From contig JAYGDX010000021.1 of assembly GCA_046582655.1 (NCBI GenBank), positions 1 to 16,249 on the forward strand: a stretch of 16,249 nucleotides of DNA. Reading direction: 5' to 3'. Source of the DNA: Candidatus Poribacteria bacterium. GTDB lineage: Bacteria > Poribacteria > WGA-4E > UBA9662. The notes beneath the pieces are model-generated. The model did no database searches. It worked only from the letters and a program-made list of their open reading frames with translations, and was not told the DNA's origin. A program made the position numbers and the translations under genes. Position 1 is the stretch's first letter; each line of letters starts with the position of its first letter. This document shows positions 8,626 through 16,249 of the stretch, piece after piece.

Positions 8626-9705
8626 TTATCTGTTGCCTTCAGGATGAATTAATACTTTAGCATAGAATTCTGTTTTGTCACGCATTATTTGTAATATATC
8701 AAACGCTTCTGTTAGTGGTACGAGGTGGGTGATTAGCGGTTTCAGATTGAGTGTTTTAGAGGCCATTGCTTGTAACACGGTTCGCCAGTCGTCGTTGTTT
8801 CCGAAAACGCTATAGTCTGAGTTCCAGGTACCGATAATGTTAACCTCTCTGCGCATCAATTGGGAGATCAAAGAAGTTGGAAGAGTTACTTCTGCTGAAG
8901 GGTTGCCAAGGATAACTATATTGCCACCACACTGAGTTGCTTGCACTGCTTGGGTGAAAGTCTGAGGAACTCCTGCTGCCTCTACACACAAGTGAGCACC
9001 TTGCCCATCCGTTAGATCCTCGATGATTTGGATAGGGTTGCTCTCCCAACTGTTGAAAGACAGGCCTATGCCGAGACGTTTGGCCAGTGCCAGTTTTTCC
9101 TCTATAATATCAAACAGAATTACTTGATCAGCCCCCATTATCTGGGCCCATATTCCAACCATCAGTCCGATTGGACCGGCACCGAAAACAGCAACGGTTT
9201 GACCCACTCCACATTTTCCGCGTCGAAGTGCGTGCAGAGCCACTGCTGCAGGTTCAGTCATCGCAGCCTCTTCTAAAGAGACCCCGTTTGGTATGGGGAT
9301 TAGGTTTTGTCTTGGTGCCGTCACATATTCTGCGAAGGCACCATCACTTCTGGAACCAAGGTAATCGTAGTCGTAGCATTGGGCGTACTCACCAATTTCG
9401 CAAGCTCTACATTTACCACACCACAGTAAGGGAAACACAACGACTGGGTCACCCGGAGTTAAATCGTCGATCTCAGTGCTGCAGATATCAACCATGCCGG
9501 CAAATTCATGACCGCAAACTGTCGGAAAATGGTAAGTTCCTTTAAGAAAAATCCTGGGAATGTCAGATCCGCAGACTCCACAAAACCCGATTCTCACCCG
9601 AACTTTGCCTGCTTCAACTTCTGGCTTGGGAATCTCTTCCAAACGGACGTCTCCCACAGCATGTAACACCAGTGCCTGCATCGATTGATGGGAACTGTTA
9701 GCCAT
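8626..9705 (-). CDS. Galactitol-1-phosphate 5-dehydrogenase-like Zn-dependent dehydrogenase
   Basis: CGVCGSDIPRI, GHEFAG, VFPLLWCGKCRACEIGEYAQC (4-Cys structural Zn), YDYLGSRSDGAFAEY, GAGPIG and LMRREVNIIGTWNS, all typical of GatD-like proteins. The start overlaps the upstream epimerase stop (ATGGCTAA). Confidence 0.85.
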   Translation of the reverse strand: MANSSHQSMQALVLHAVGDVRLEEIPKPEVEAGKVRVRIGFCGVCGSDIPRIFLKGTYHFPTVCGHEFAGMVDICSTEIDDLTPGDPVVVFPLLWCGKCRACEIGEYAQCYDYDYLGSRSDGAFAEYVTAPRQNLIPIPNGVSLEEAAMTEPAAVALHALRRGKCGVGQTVAVFGAGPIGLMVGIWAQIMGADQVILFDIIEEKLALAKRLGIGLSFNSWESNPIQIIEDLTDGQGAHLCVEAAGVPQTFTQAVQATQCGGNIVILGNPSAEVTLPTSLISQLMRREVNIIGTWNSDYSVFGNNDDWRTVLQAMASKTLNLKPLITHLVPLTEAFDILQIMRDKTEFYAKVLIHPEGNR

Positions 9706-10399
9706 GTGGATTCCTTATTTGCAGTCCTTGCGAGATTGCTTCCCGGACACGTTCTGCATTTTCAGGCCGGGAACCATGTTGGTTAAAGATACTACTGGAA
9801 CCTGCCACTAAAATGTTGGCACCGGCACCAACCATTTTGGGAATGTTTTCAAAACTGACGTTACCATCGACTTCAATTGGCAGATAGACATCACGTTGCT
9901 GTAAAAATGCCTGACAATCAGCAATTTTCTGCAGTGCTGAAGGGACCATAGACTGTCCGGAAAACCCAGGGTTGACAGTCATAATCAGTATATAGTCTAT
10001 GCGATCTAAGACATAATTGATTGCAGTAATTGGAGTCGCCGGATTCAAAGCCAATCCTGCCTTGATACCGTAATCACGAATCAGACTCAAGGTTCGATCA
10101 AGGTGAAGAGCTGATTCCGCGTGAACAGCGATTTGCTGGACTCCAATCTCTGATAGTTTGGAGACGAAGAAATCGTTGTCTTCAACCATCAGATGAACAT
10201 CATAAGGACAATCAGTTTTGGGACGCAACTGACTGAGAAGTTCCAGCCCGATTGGCATGTTGGGAACAAAGTGTGCATCCATCAAGTCGAAATGCAGAAA
10301 ATCAACTCCAACAGATTCCAGCACCTTAATGTCTGATTCGAGATTACAGAGGTCTGCACACATAATGGAAGGTGCGACCAATACACCATTTTGTGCCAC
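9698..10399 (-). CDS. Ribulose-phosphate 3-epimerase family protein (possibly AlsE-like hexulose-6-phosphate 3-epimerase)
   Basis: APSIMCAD, LHFDLMDAHFVPN, DVHLM, ALNPATP, MTVNPGFSGQ, IEVDGNV and VAGSS motifs; GTG start with GGAGAGG upstream. Confidence 0.9.
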   Translation of the reverse strand: MAQNGVLVAPSIMCADLCNLESDIKVLESVGVDFLHFDLMDAHFVPNMPIGLELLSQLRPKTDCPYDVHLMVEDNDFFVSKLSEIGVQQIAVHAESALHLDRTLSLIRDYGIKAGLALNPATPITAINYVLDRIDYILIMTVNPGFSGQSMVPSALQKIADCQAFLQQRDVYLPIEVDGNVSFENIPKMVGAGANILVAGSSSIFNQHGSRPENAERVREAISQGLQIRNPHG

Positions 10400-10405
10400 T
10401 ATAGG

Positions 10406-11320
10406 CTAGTACCTCTCCAAATAAGGAGCTAAAAACGTTTTCGCATTCTCGGTAACTTCCCAAGCACCCGCCCAGAAGCAGAGATCGATTGAGAACCACT
10501 CACCATCATATCCTGTTTCTTCCATGATGACGGGGATGATCTCATCGAATTTAAGAATACCTAAACCAAATGGTGCATGTGTACTGGTTTCATCTCCGTG
10601 AAGCGTGTTGTCGGAATCGATAAGATGGAAATGTCCGATTTGACCTTTGAGTTGGCGGGCAAGTTCTATTACACCATTTTCGCCCAGCGCTTCTTTATTA
10701 CCTGGTTGGCGAGCACCAACGGTTGCACACATTTGGGCATGGCAGGTATCGAATAACACTTTGAAATTGGGGTGGTTCACCTCATTGGCCATTGCAACAA
10801 TCTCACTTGGTTTGTTAAACATGAAACCTGGTTCAAATTCCCAAACTAACAACACCCCGTGATCTTCGGAAACTTGAGCACAGCGTTGCCAGACGGAGAC
10901 AATTCGATCCCAGGCAGTTTGGCGATCGACGCCTTCAACGCCTTTTTCTGGATCATCGACTGTGTCAACTCTAATGGCTGGTGAGCCTAGATCTAACGCC
11001 AGTTGAAGATTCCTTTTGAACAACTTAAAGTAAGCGTCATCTTCTTGTGCTGCGTCTGTTCCTGGACCAGGATGTGACCAGAAGTCGGCAGCTAAACCTG
11101 AAATTTCAAGATTGTTCTTGGCCAGTAGAGCTTTGATTTTATCGCGATCTGACCGCATCGGATAATCATTAATATCAATGTGCGGCTTAAAGGCACCAAT
11201 CTCAACGCCGTCAAATTCAAGTTCACCTAAACGCTTCACCACAGTATCAAAGGGTACTGGATCATCTTCATAAGGTCCGAATGTATAAGCCCAACTTCCA
11301 ATTGACAGTTTTTTTGCCAT
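10406..11320 (-). CDS. Sugar phosphate isomerase/epimerase (xylose isomerase-like / AP_endonuc_2 TIM barrel)
   Basis: FDGVEIG, ALDLGSPAIRVDT, WEFEPGF, FDTCH and HFHLIDSD motifs; AAGGAG RBS. Confidence 0.88.
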   Translation of the reverse strand: MAKKLSIGSWAYTFGPYEDDPVPFDTVVKRLGELEFDGVEIGAFKPHIDINDYPMRSDRDKIKALLAKNNLEISGLAADFWSHPGPGTDAAQEDDAYFKLFKRNLQLALDLGSPAIRVDTVDDPEKGVEGVDRQTAWDRIVSVWQRCAQVSEDHGVLLVWEFEPGFMFNKPSEIVAMANEVNHPNFKVLFDTCHAQMCATVGARQPGNKEALGENGVIELARQLKGQIGHFHLIDSDNTLHGDETSTHAPFGLGILKFDEIIPVIMEETGYDGEWFSIDLCFWAGAWEVTENAKTFLAPYLERY

Positions 11321-11334
11321 TTTGTTCTCCTTAA

Positions 11335-11568
11335 TTAATTTTCAACGGTTGGTGGATAGCAACAAATCACTTCCATTGGGGATTGACCAGAATTTACAAT
11401 TTCATAATCATCCAGTGTCGTCGGAATGAAGGCCGATTTTCCCCGCCTGATTGGGATATAATCAAAATTTTTACCAACCAGTTCCCCTTCACCTTGAAGC
11501 GCAACTAGGCAATAAAAACCTCGATCAGTTGACATGGACAACTTGGAATTAATTGTTAATCGTGACGC
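11335..11568 (-). pseudogene. Orphan C-terminal cupin fragment of a class I mannose-6-phosphate isomerase-like gene
   Basis: RLTINSKLSMSTDRGFYCLVALQGEGELVGKNFDYIPIRRGKSAFIPTTLDDYEI resembles the ManA C-terminal cupin (F..L....G.G......I..G.S.FIP). It has host-like AT content and no start codon or RBS of its own. Its stop abuts the RBS of the next gene. Confidence 0.65.
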
Positions 11569-11571
11569 CTG

Positions 11572-11608
11572 AAAAAAAACGGATGCGGGGGAGCTCCCTA
11601 CCCGCGCC
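11572..11608 (-). terminator. Rho-independent terminator-like structure after the GC-rich cupin gene
   Basis: Minus strand GCGGG-TAGGGAGCTCC-CCCGC then ATCCG and T8. Confidence 0.55.
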
Positions 11609-11636
11609 AGCAGCACTGAGGGCCATTTAGCCTCAC

Positions 11637-12403
11637 TCACTCCTCGACGATGTTGTTCTTCAGGCGCCCCTCGTCGAGCCCTCGAGGAGGAAGCCGTTGT
11701 CGTGGATCTCCCTCCAGTCTGACAGCAAGGTGTCCTTGCCGGCCGCGGTCGGCTCGTGGCTGTAGGCTGAGCCCTCGCGGATAACCACCGGGGTCTTCGC
11801 ATCGGCCGGGCAGCCGAAGGCATGGAGGTGCTTTCGGTGCATGACGAAATTCGGACCGCCGGGCCTGAGACAGCGGTACTCGGTCAACTGGTCGTAGGTA
11901 TGCTCGCGCCCGGCAGGAAGCATGACGCGGTCGGGATGAGCCTCGCCCTTCGGCATCGGATGACCGTCGACAAGCCCTTCCTTCTTCATGTTGAGACTCT
12001 CATCGTCGATGATGTCGGGAGCGTAGAAGAGATCCATCTCCCCGAGCACGACCTCGTAGAACTCCGTCTTCCGCCAGTGAAGGTGAGGGCTGCAGAACTT
12101 GCCGGGGTGGACGATCATGAGCTTGTCGCAGAGCCCTCCGAACTGAGCCCACTCCATCCCGCCCTTGGGAAGCCCCTGGACGGCTGGCTCGTTGAGAGCC
12201 TGGAAAATCGCGAAGGCTTCGTAGGGTTCGCCGGACCACATTCCGTTGACGAAGGCCTCGTACTGGTCCTCGCCGAAGACCAGGCCGGTGTTGTCGTTGA
12301 TCATGTCATCCTGGACCGGGTAGCCGCAGGCGATCGCCAGCGCGGTGCATTCCGAGATCCAGGCATCGTATTCCTTGCGGGTAACGTAGTTCCTGGTTGC
12401 CAT
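11637..12403 (-). CDS. D-lyxose/D-mannose ketol-isomerase-like cupin; GC-rich, with a probable 1-nt deletion near the C-terminus
   Basis: LCDKLMIVHPGKFCSPHLHWRKTEFYEVVLGEM, H..HAF, REGS, HDNGF fit the lyxose-isomerase cupin pattern. As read, the ORF stops at 11660. Restoring one base near 11678 gives ...LEGLDEGRLKNNIVEE* (TGA 11639-11637). GAGG RBS upstream. Confidence 0.7.
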
Positions 12404-12529
12404 GGTATCTTCCTCTTGCTGAAGTTTCTGACAGTTGTTGCGGTTGAATGACGGATCCCTACGCGGATCATCGAACAGACAATACAGTTTTCTGAGTACA
12501 GGGAAAATGTTAGCGCTGAATCAGAGAGA

Positions 12530-12558
12530 ATCTTAGCAGGAATGGCCAAACCCGTCAA
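12530..12558 (-). promoter_or_regulatory. Sigma70-type promoter upstream of the cupin gene
   Basis: Minus strand TTGACG - 17 nt - TAAGAT with an extended -10 TG (TGC-TAAGAT). Confidence 0.65.
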
Positions 12559-12571
12559 GGTGTAAATTCGA

Positions 12572-13429
12572 TTAATTACTCAAATATTGATCGGCCATTT
12601 CCTTTAAGAATGCTAACCCATCAATTGCAAGGGCTTCAGCGCTGGGCGCAATTTGACGCCAGATGGCAGTGGCTTTAGCAATTTCCTTCACGTCCGGAGT
12701 GAAAGATTCAATCACCAACCAGCGATCATACTTGATCTGACTTAAGGCTTTGAAAACGTCGTCCCAGTCAACCAGCCCACTGCCAGGGGTGCCTCGATCA
12801 TTCTCACAACAATGAACATGATATAGTAAATCACCTGTATTTGAGATGGCTTGAGCTTGATTTTTTTCCTCAATGTTCATGTGAAAAGTGTCAAGATGAA
12901 CACCTAGATGTGGGTTGTCGATTGCCTTTGCTAGATTTACGGCATCTTCAGCAATATTAATAAAATAAGTTTCAAACCGGTTCAGTGGTTCAATTCCAAG
13001 TCTTACTCCGTAACGACTGGCATGTTCAGCTACGTCGCTAAGTGCGTCAACACACCAATTCCATTCCTGATCGGTTCTGCCGCGTCCAACTAGCCTGCCA
13101 ACAGCACTATACATAGGACCAATAAAAGTGTCTCCACCGAGTTCTGCTGTAACCTCAACGCAGGATTTGAGATAATCCTTTCCATTCTGGCGTACAGATG
13201 GATCATCACTAATGGGATCTCGGTCAGGTCCCATAATTGCACAGGTTAGAACCTCCAGCCCTAAGTCGTCTAAAACAGATTTGGTGTGTGCGATATCAAC
13301 TGTTTCCGGGGCAAAAACTGGTATTTCCACCCCATCAAATCCCATCTCCGCCACTGGCGGAATGAGTGCTACGGATTCACGATCAAATTTATCTGCCCAT
13401 AATAACAAATTGACGCCGAATTTTGGCAT
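12572..13429 (-). CDS. D-psicose/D-tagatose/L-ribulose 3-epimerase family protein
   Basis: GFDGVEIP, GPMYSAVG, IEPLNRFETY, LDTFHMNIEE, HCCENDRGTPGSG, IESF and AIWR: the full ketose 3-epimerase signature. GGAGG RBS. Confidence 0.92.
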   Translation of the reverse strand: MPKFGVNLLLWADKFDRESVALIPPVAEMGFDGVEIPVFAPETVDIAHTKSVLDDLGLEVLTCAIMGPDRDPISDDPSVRQNGKDYLKSCVEVTAELGGDTFIGPMYSAVGRLVGRGRTDQEWNWCVDALSDVAEHASRYGVRLGIEPLNRFETYFINIAEDAVNLAKAIDNPHLGVHLDTFHMNIEEKNQAQAISNTGDLLYHVHCCENDRGTPGSGLVDWDDVFKALSQIKYDRWLVIESFTPDVKEIAKATAIWRQIAPSAEALAIDGLAFLKEMADQYLSN

Positions 13430-13516
13430 TTTGCGCCTCCATCGAAAAATATAAATTGGAGTTTAATTGCTACATACATAGAAAAGTTTAGCAAATCACG
13501 AAAAATAAAACAATAG

Positions 13517-13888
13517 TTATAGTTGCTCATTTTGAGACTGAGGACAAATCTGCCGCAGGTATTCGAAAGTATAGATTCCAGAATTGTGTTTATCGTTCCA
13601 TCTGAAGCGGATTGCGTATCGCCCAACGAGATCAATCTCTACTGCACAGATATCCTGCTTAACATCGATTTCATTTGGATCTCCAACTTCAATTCGTGAG
13701 AAAAGCGAGTGCACATCCTGACCATTATTTCTGGTCATTGAGCACCCGGCGCAAGGGCATAGACGACGAAGGTATGAGAAGGCATATTCACTAGTGTGTT
13801 TGTCTTTCCAAGAGATCCTAAAGCCAGTATCGCCAAGTCTTTTTAACTCAGTAGGTTTCATCTGATCCGGGTTTTTATCTTTTAACAC
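13517..13888 (-). CDS. DUF971 / gamma-butyrobetaine hydroxylase-like N-terminal domain protein
   Basis: ISWKDKHTSEY..SYLRRLCPCAGC ... VGRYAIRFRWNDKHNSGIYTFEYLR; GTG start after GAGG. Confidence 0.9.
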   Translation of the reverse strand: MLKDKNPDQMKPTELKRLGDTGFRISWKDKHTSEYAFSYLRRLCPCAGCSMTRNNGQDVHSLFSRIEVGDPNEIDVKQDICAVEIDLVGRYAIRFRWNDKHNSGIYTFEYLRQICPQSQNEQL

Positions 13889-14039
13889 GTCATCCTCTTC
13901 CTTGGACGGCAGGTAGCCGTTGATTTTGTTTATGCTGCCTTGGTGATTTTTTCTATGGATTTTATTTTATTTCTGATAATATAAGTTCATGAATTAAGTT
14001 GTTTTGTCATCTTAATATACTAATTATAAGGTAAGGGAT

Positions 14040-14849
14040 ATGTCAACAAAATCACGAATTGTTTTAGTTGCTGGTAGTGCCAGTCACGGAAGTGGTTCTC
14101 ACGAACATCCCGGCGGGTGCTTGCTGCTCGCCGATTTGCTCAACGAGAATGTGGATGGTGTTGAAGTTGTGGTTGCCCAAGGCTGGCCTGCAGAACAGAG
14201 TGTTTTCAAGGATGCAGCTGCCATTGCCATCTACTCGGACGGTGGAGTAGGGCATCTTATCCTGCCCCATCTAGATCAAGTATCAGGGTTGATTAAGCGT
14301 GGAATAGGGCTGGTCATGATGCATTACGCTGTAGAAGTGCCTAAGGGAGAACCAGGTGACTGTTTCCTTGATTGGATTGGAGGTTACTTCGAAACCCATC
14401 TTTCGGTTAATCCGCATTGGACGGCAGACTTTGTATCCTTTCCCGAGCATCCCGTGACAAGAGGATTAGAACCATTTTCGTTAGATGATGAATGGTACTA
14501 TCACATGCGGTTTCGTCAAAACATGCAGGGCGTTACACCTTTGCTCAGTGCGCACCCACCGGCCTCAACACTTGAGAGGCCAGATGGTCCGCATAGTGGC
14601 AATCCTCATGTTCGTAAAGCGGTTGCCAACAGGGAACCTCAGCATCTCGGTTGGTGTACAGAGCGAGATGATGGAGGACGGGGAATTGGATTTACCGGGG
14701 GGCACTTCCATCATAACTGGGCTGACGATCAGCTGCGCAAATTTATGCTCAACGCCATTGTCTGGGCAGCTCAGGTAGACGTGCCTGCAGGGGGTGTCTC
14801 AACACCAACTCCCACGCCGGGGGAACTCGAAGCCCATCTAAATTTGTAG
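14040..14849 (+). CDS. ThuA (trehalose utilisation)-like domain protein
   Basis: IVLVAG..SHG.GSHEH, YSDGG, MHYAVEV, HPVTRG, DEWYYHMRF, GFTGGHFHHNW and LNAIVW motifs. Confidence 0.9.
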   Translation: MSTKSRIVLVAGSASHGSGSHEHPGGCLLLADLLNENVDGVEVVVAQGWPAEQSVFKDAAAIAIYSDGGVGHLILPHLDQVSGLIKRGIGLVMMHYAVEVPKGEPGDCFLDWIGGYFETHLSVNPHWTADFVSFPEHPVTRGLEPFSLDDEWYYHMRFRQNMQGVTPLLSAHPPASTLERPDGPHSGNPHVRKAVANREPQHLGWCTERDDGGRGIGFTGGHFHHNWADDQLRKFMLNAIVWAAQVDVPAGGVSTPTPTPGELEAHLNL

Positions 14850-14869
14850 AGAATATATTTTTGGAAACT

Positions 14870-15365
14870 CCCAGAATCCCGCTAGTTTCTCTCCCTAAAA
14901 AGTGGGAAATTGACTGTTTCTTAGAAAGTAATATTGAATATGATACCTTGATCCGGCAGGTTATGGAATCCAGGATCCCTTTGTTGGTGGTTTAGGAAAG
15001 GACTTTTTTGAAAACCGTATCATCCGTACAGCCTAGGAAAATCTGATCTTGGCAGCATGAAGAACTACCGTATTGGCATAACAGTCGATCAAATTGAGAA
15101 GCACCAGTTGGTCACTTCGGTTAAGGCTAAAGTGACTGGTCCAGAATATAAAAAGCACGTTGCCAGGTTTGGGCTGAAAGACGCATATGAATTGGAATCG
15201 ATGCCACCTGGAATACTGGAAGACGAAATCGGGGGCAATCAAGCAGATTTTTGATAGGGAAACCTACGATCAGCAATACCAAAAATACAGGGATGATTTA
15301 GTGCCATTAGCCTGTAAACGGGAAATTGTCTTTGATGTGCTGAACGGTAGTTGGGAGTTGTGCAA
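14870..15365 (+). pseudogene. Multiply disrupted remnant of a Toprim (TopoVI-A/Spo11-like) domain protein of mobile-element type
   Basis: Fragments in different frames: LDPAGYGIQDPFV (D.DP.G-like), RIGITVDQIEKHQL...AKVTGPEYKKHVARFG..AYELESMPPGILEDEI, and AIKQIFDRETYDQQ. Confidence 0.5.
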
Positions 15366-15565
15366 AAAAATGGGGCAAGCTGACCTTCTTGGCACTGCCG
15401 GTCTCGATCAATGCCTAATTTGGAGGAACTACAGATGCGACAACTCAGTTGGATGTTTCTATCATTGCTGACGGTTAGCCTGTGGCAGAGGAGAGGGGGG
15501 AGGTAGGTGAAGGCGTTACCAGTGGCGCAATTCAGGGTCATTTTCCAACCGATTCCGCCAGTCCA

Positions 15566-16249
15566 TCACTGGTGAAATCGGTTGACCTTTATATACCCCC
15601 ACGTTGTTGATAAACTTCTTTCAAGCGGCACTGGACTAAATTTTTCAAACCCATCGTTCATCATGCTTTTTATCTCTTTCGGACTTAAAGCTCGATTGAA
15701 AATGCCGATTTCATCAAGTACGCCTTCAAATGTACGGCCTGAAGGGCTGTTTCCCAGTAGAACTGGAAAATCTGTTTCTATGCCAGGCCCCTTTCCAGCG
15801 TCATGCTTTGATATCTCTTTGCCATCAATGTAAAAGATTACATCCTTACCATCCCAGGCTACGGCGAAATGGTGAAACTTATCATATAAGGGATCAAGTT
15901 GGGTAGTCTTATTAGTCACATCAAACTTTCCTCCGGGCCGGTTTACGATAAATCGCAAAAATTTCCCGGCATTCACATCAACCAGAAACGTCCAAGAATC
16001 CTCATGTCCTTTGGTGACAAACCGAGGATACACGCTGGTACCAGTGCCCGTCATCTTCGCCCAAACCGTACAAGTTATGGCTTCCATGCCGTCCAAGTCG
16101 TCGTGATCTGCCACTTCAACGAGTTCCGCGTTATCTTTGCCAGCAAAAACCAATCCTCGACCAATTTTTCCAGTGTCCCACTTTGGTCCTTTGATGGTTC
16201 CATCATGTTGGTTTCCTGAAGCGTCCTTGACCAATTTTCCATTGCCTTC
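15566..16249 (-). CDS. LamG/concanavalin-A-like jellyroll domain protein, 5' end outside the window
   Basis: Frame is open to the window edge (EGNGKLVKDASGNQHDG..GPKW..GKIG.GL.F); FHHFAVAWDG...YIDG; FEGVLDEIGIFNRALS; tail PLERSLSTTWGYIK. Confidence 0.92.
   Translation of the reverse strand, partial: EGNGKLVKDASGNQHDGTIKGPKWDTGKIGRGLVFAGKDNAELVEVADHDDLDGMEAITCTVWAKMTGTGTSVYPRFVTKGHEDSWTFLVDVNAGKFLRFIVNRPGGKFDVTNKTTQLDPLYDKFHHFAVAWDGKDVIFYIDGKEISKHDAGKGPGIETDFPVLLGNSPSGRTFEGVLDEIGIFNRALSPKEIKSMMNDGFEKFSPVPLERSLSTTWGYIKVNRFHQ

Noticed and set aside
10397..10408. TAG readthrough fusing the TIM-barrel isomerase to the Rpe-like gene (same frame, 6-nt gap)
   Set aside because: Both proteins are complete, and the downstream GTG has its own GGAGAGG; this is ordinary operon spacing.
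11335..11823. 162-aa ORF as a real full-length gene
   Set aside because: The first ~85 residues are an off-frame, low-complexity reading of the GC-rich cupin gene and its terminator; only the last ~77 residues are protein-like.
11822..12451. 209-aa plus-strand ORF (and other antisense ORFs such as 155..457, 1945..2403, 3013..3493, 9171..9545, 15899..16219)
   Set aside because: Shadow frames opposite well-supported genes, with no motifs.
1..16249. CRISPR array, tRNA or rRNA genes; genome-wide TAG reassignment
   Set aside because: No regularly spaced repeats or cloverleafs seen. TAG terminates several complete genes (7340, 10406, 14847).

Overview
Bacterial genomic window of moderate GC, probably Ca. 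Poribacteria. This is an inference from two LamG-domain proteins with the characteristic C-terminal 'S/T-x-x-WG-x-x-K' tail. Left to right it holds: a decayed IS5-family (IS427-like) transposase with its right end; a YhhQ/VUT queuosine-precursor transporter; a ~215-nt stem-rich intergenic element bounded by a 12-nt direct repeat (unassigned ncRNA candidate); a LamG protein and a convergent alpha-galactosidase-like gene, each broken by one in-frame TAG; and a probable ruined integron (attI-like site, AT-rich degraded ORF, integrase N-terminus fused in frame to a GC-richer phosphodiester glycosidase). A minus-strand rare-sugar/polyol cluster follows: D-psicose/tagatose 3-epimerase, lyxose-isomerase-like cupin, sugar-phosphate isomerase, Rpe/AlsE-like epimerase and two Zn-dependent dehydrogenases. 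Within it a GC-rich cupin gene with its own promoter and terminator appears to have displaced most of a ManA-like gene. The window ends with DUF971, ThuA-domain, a Toprim-like remnant and a second LamG gene running off the edge. Many single-base disruptions are present, so sequence/assembly error is a live alternative to genuine decay.
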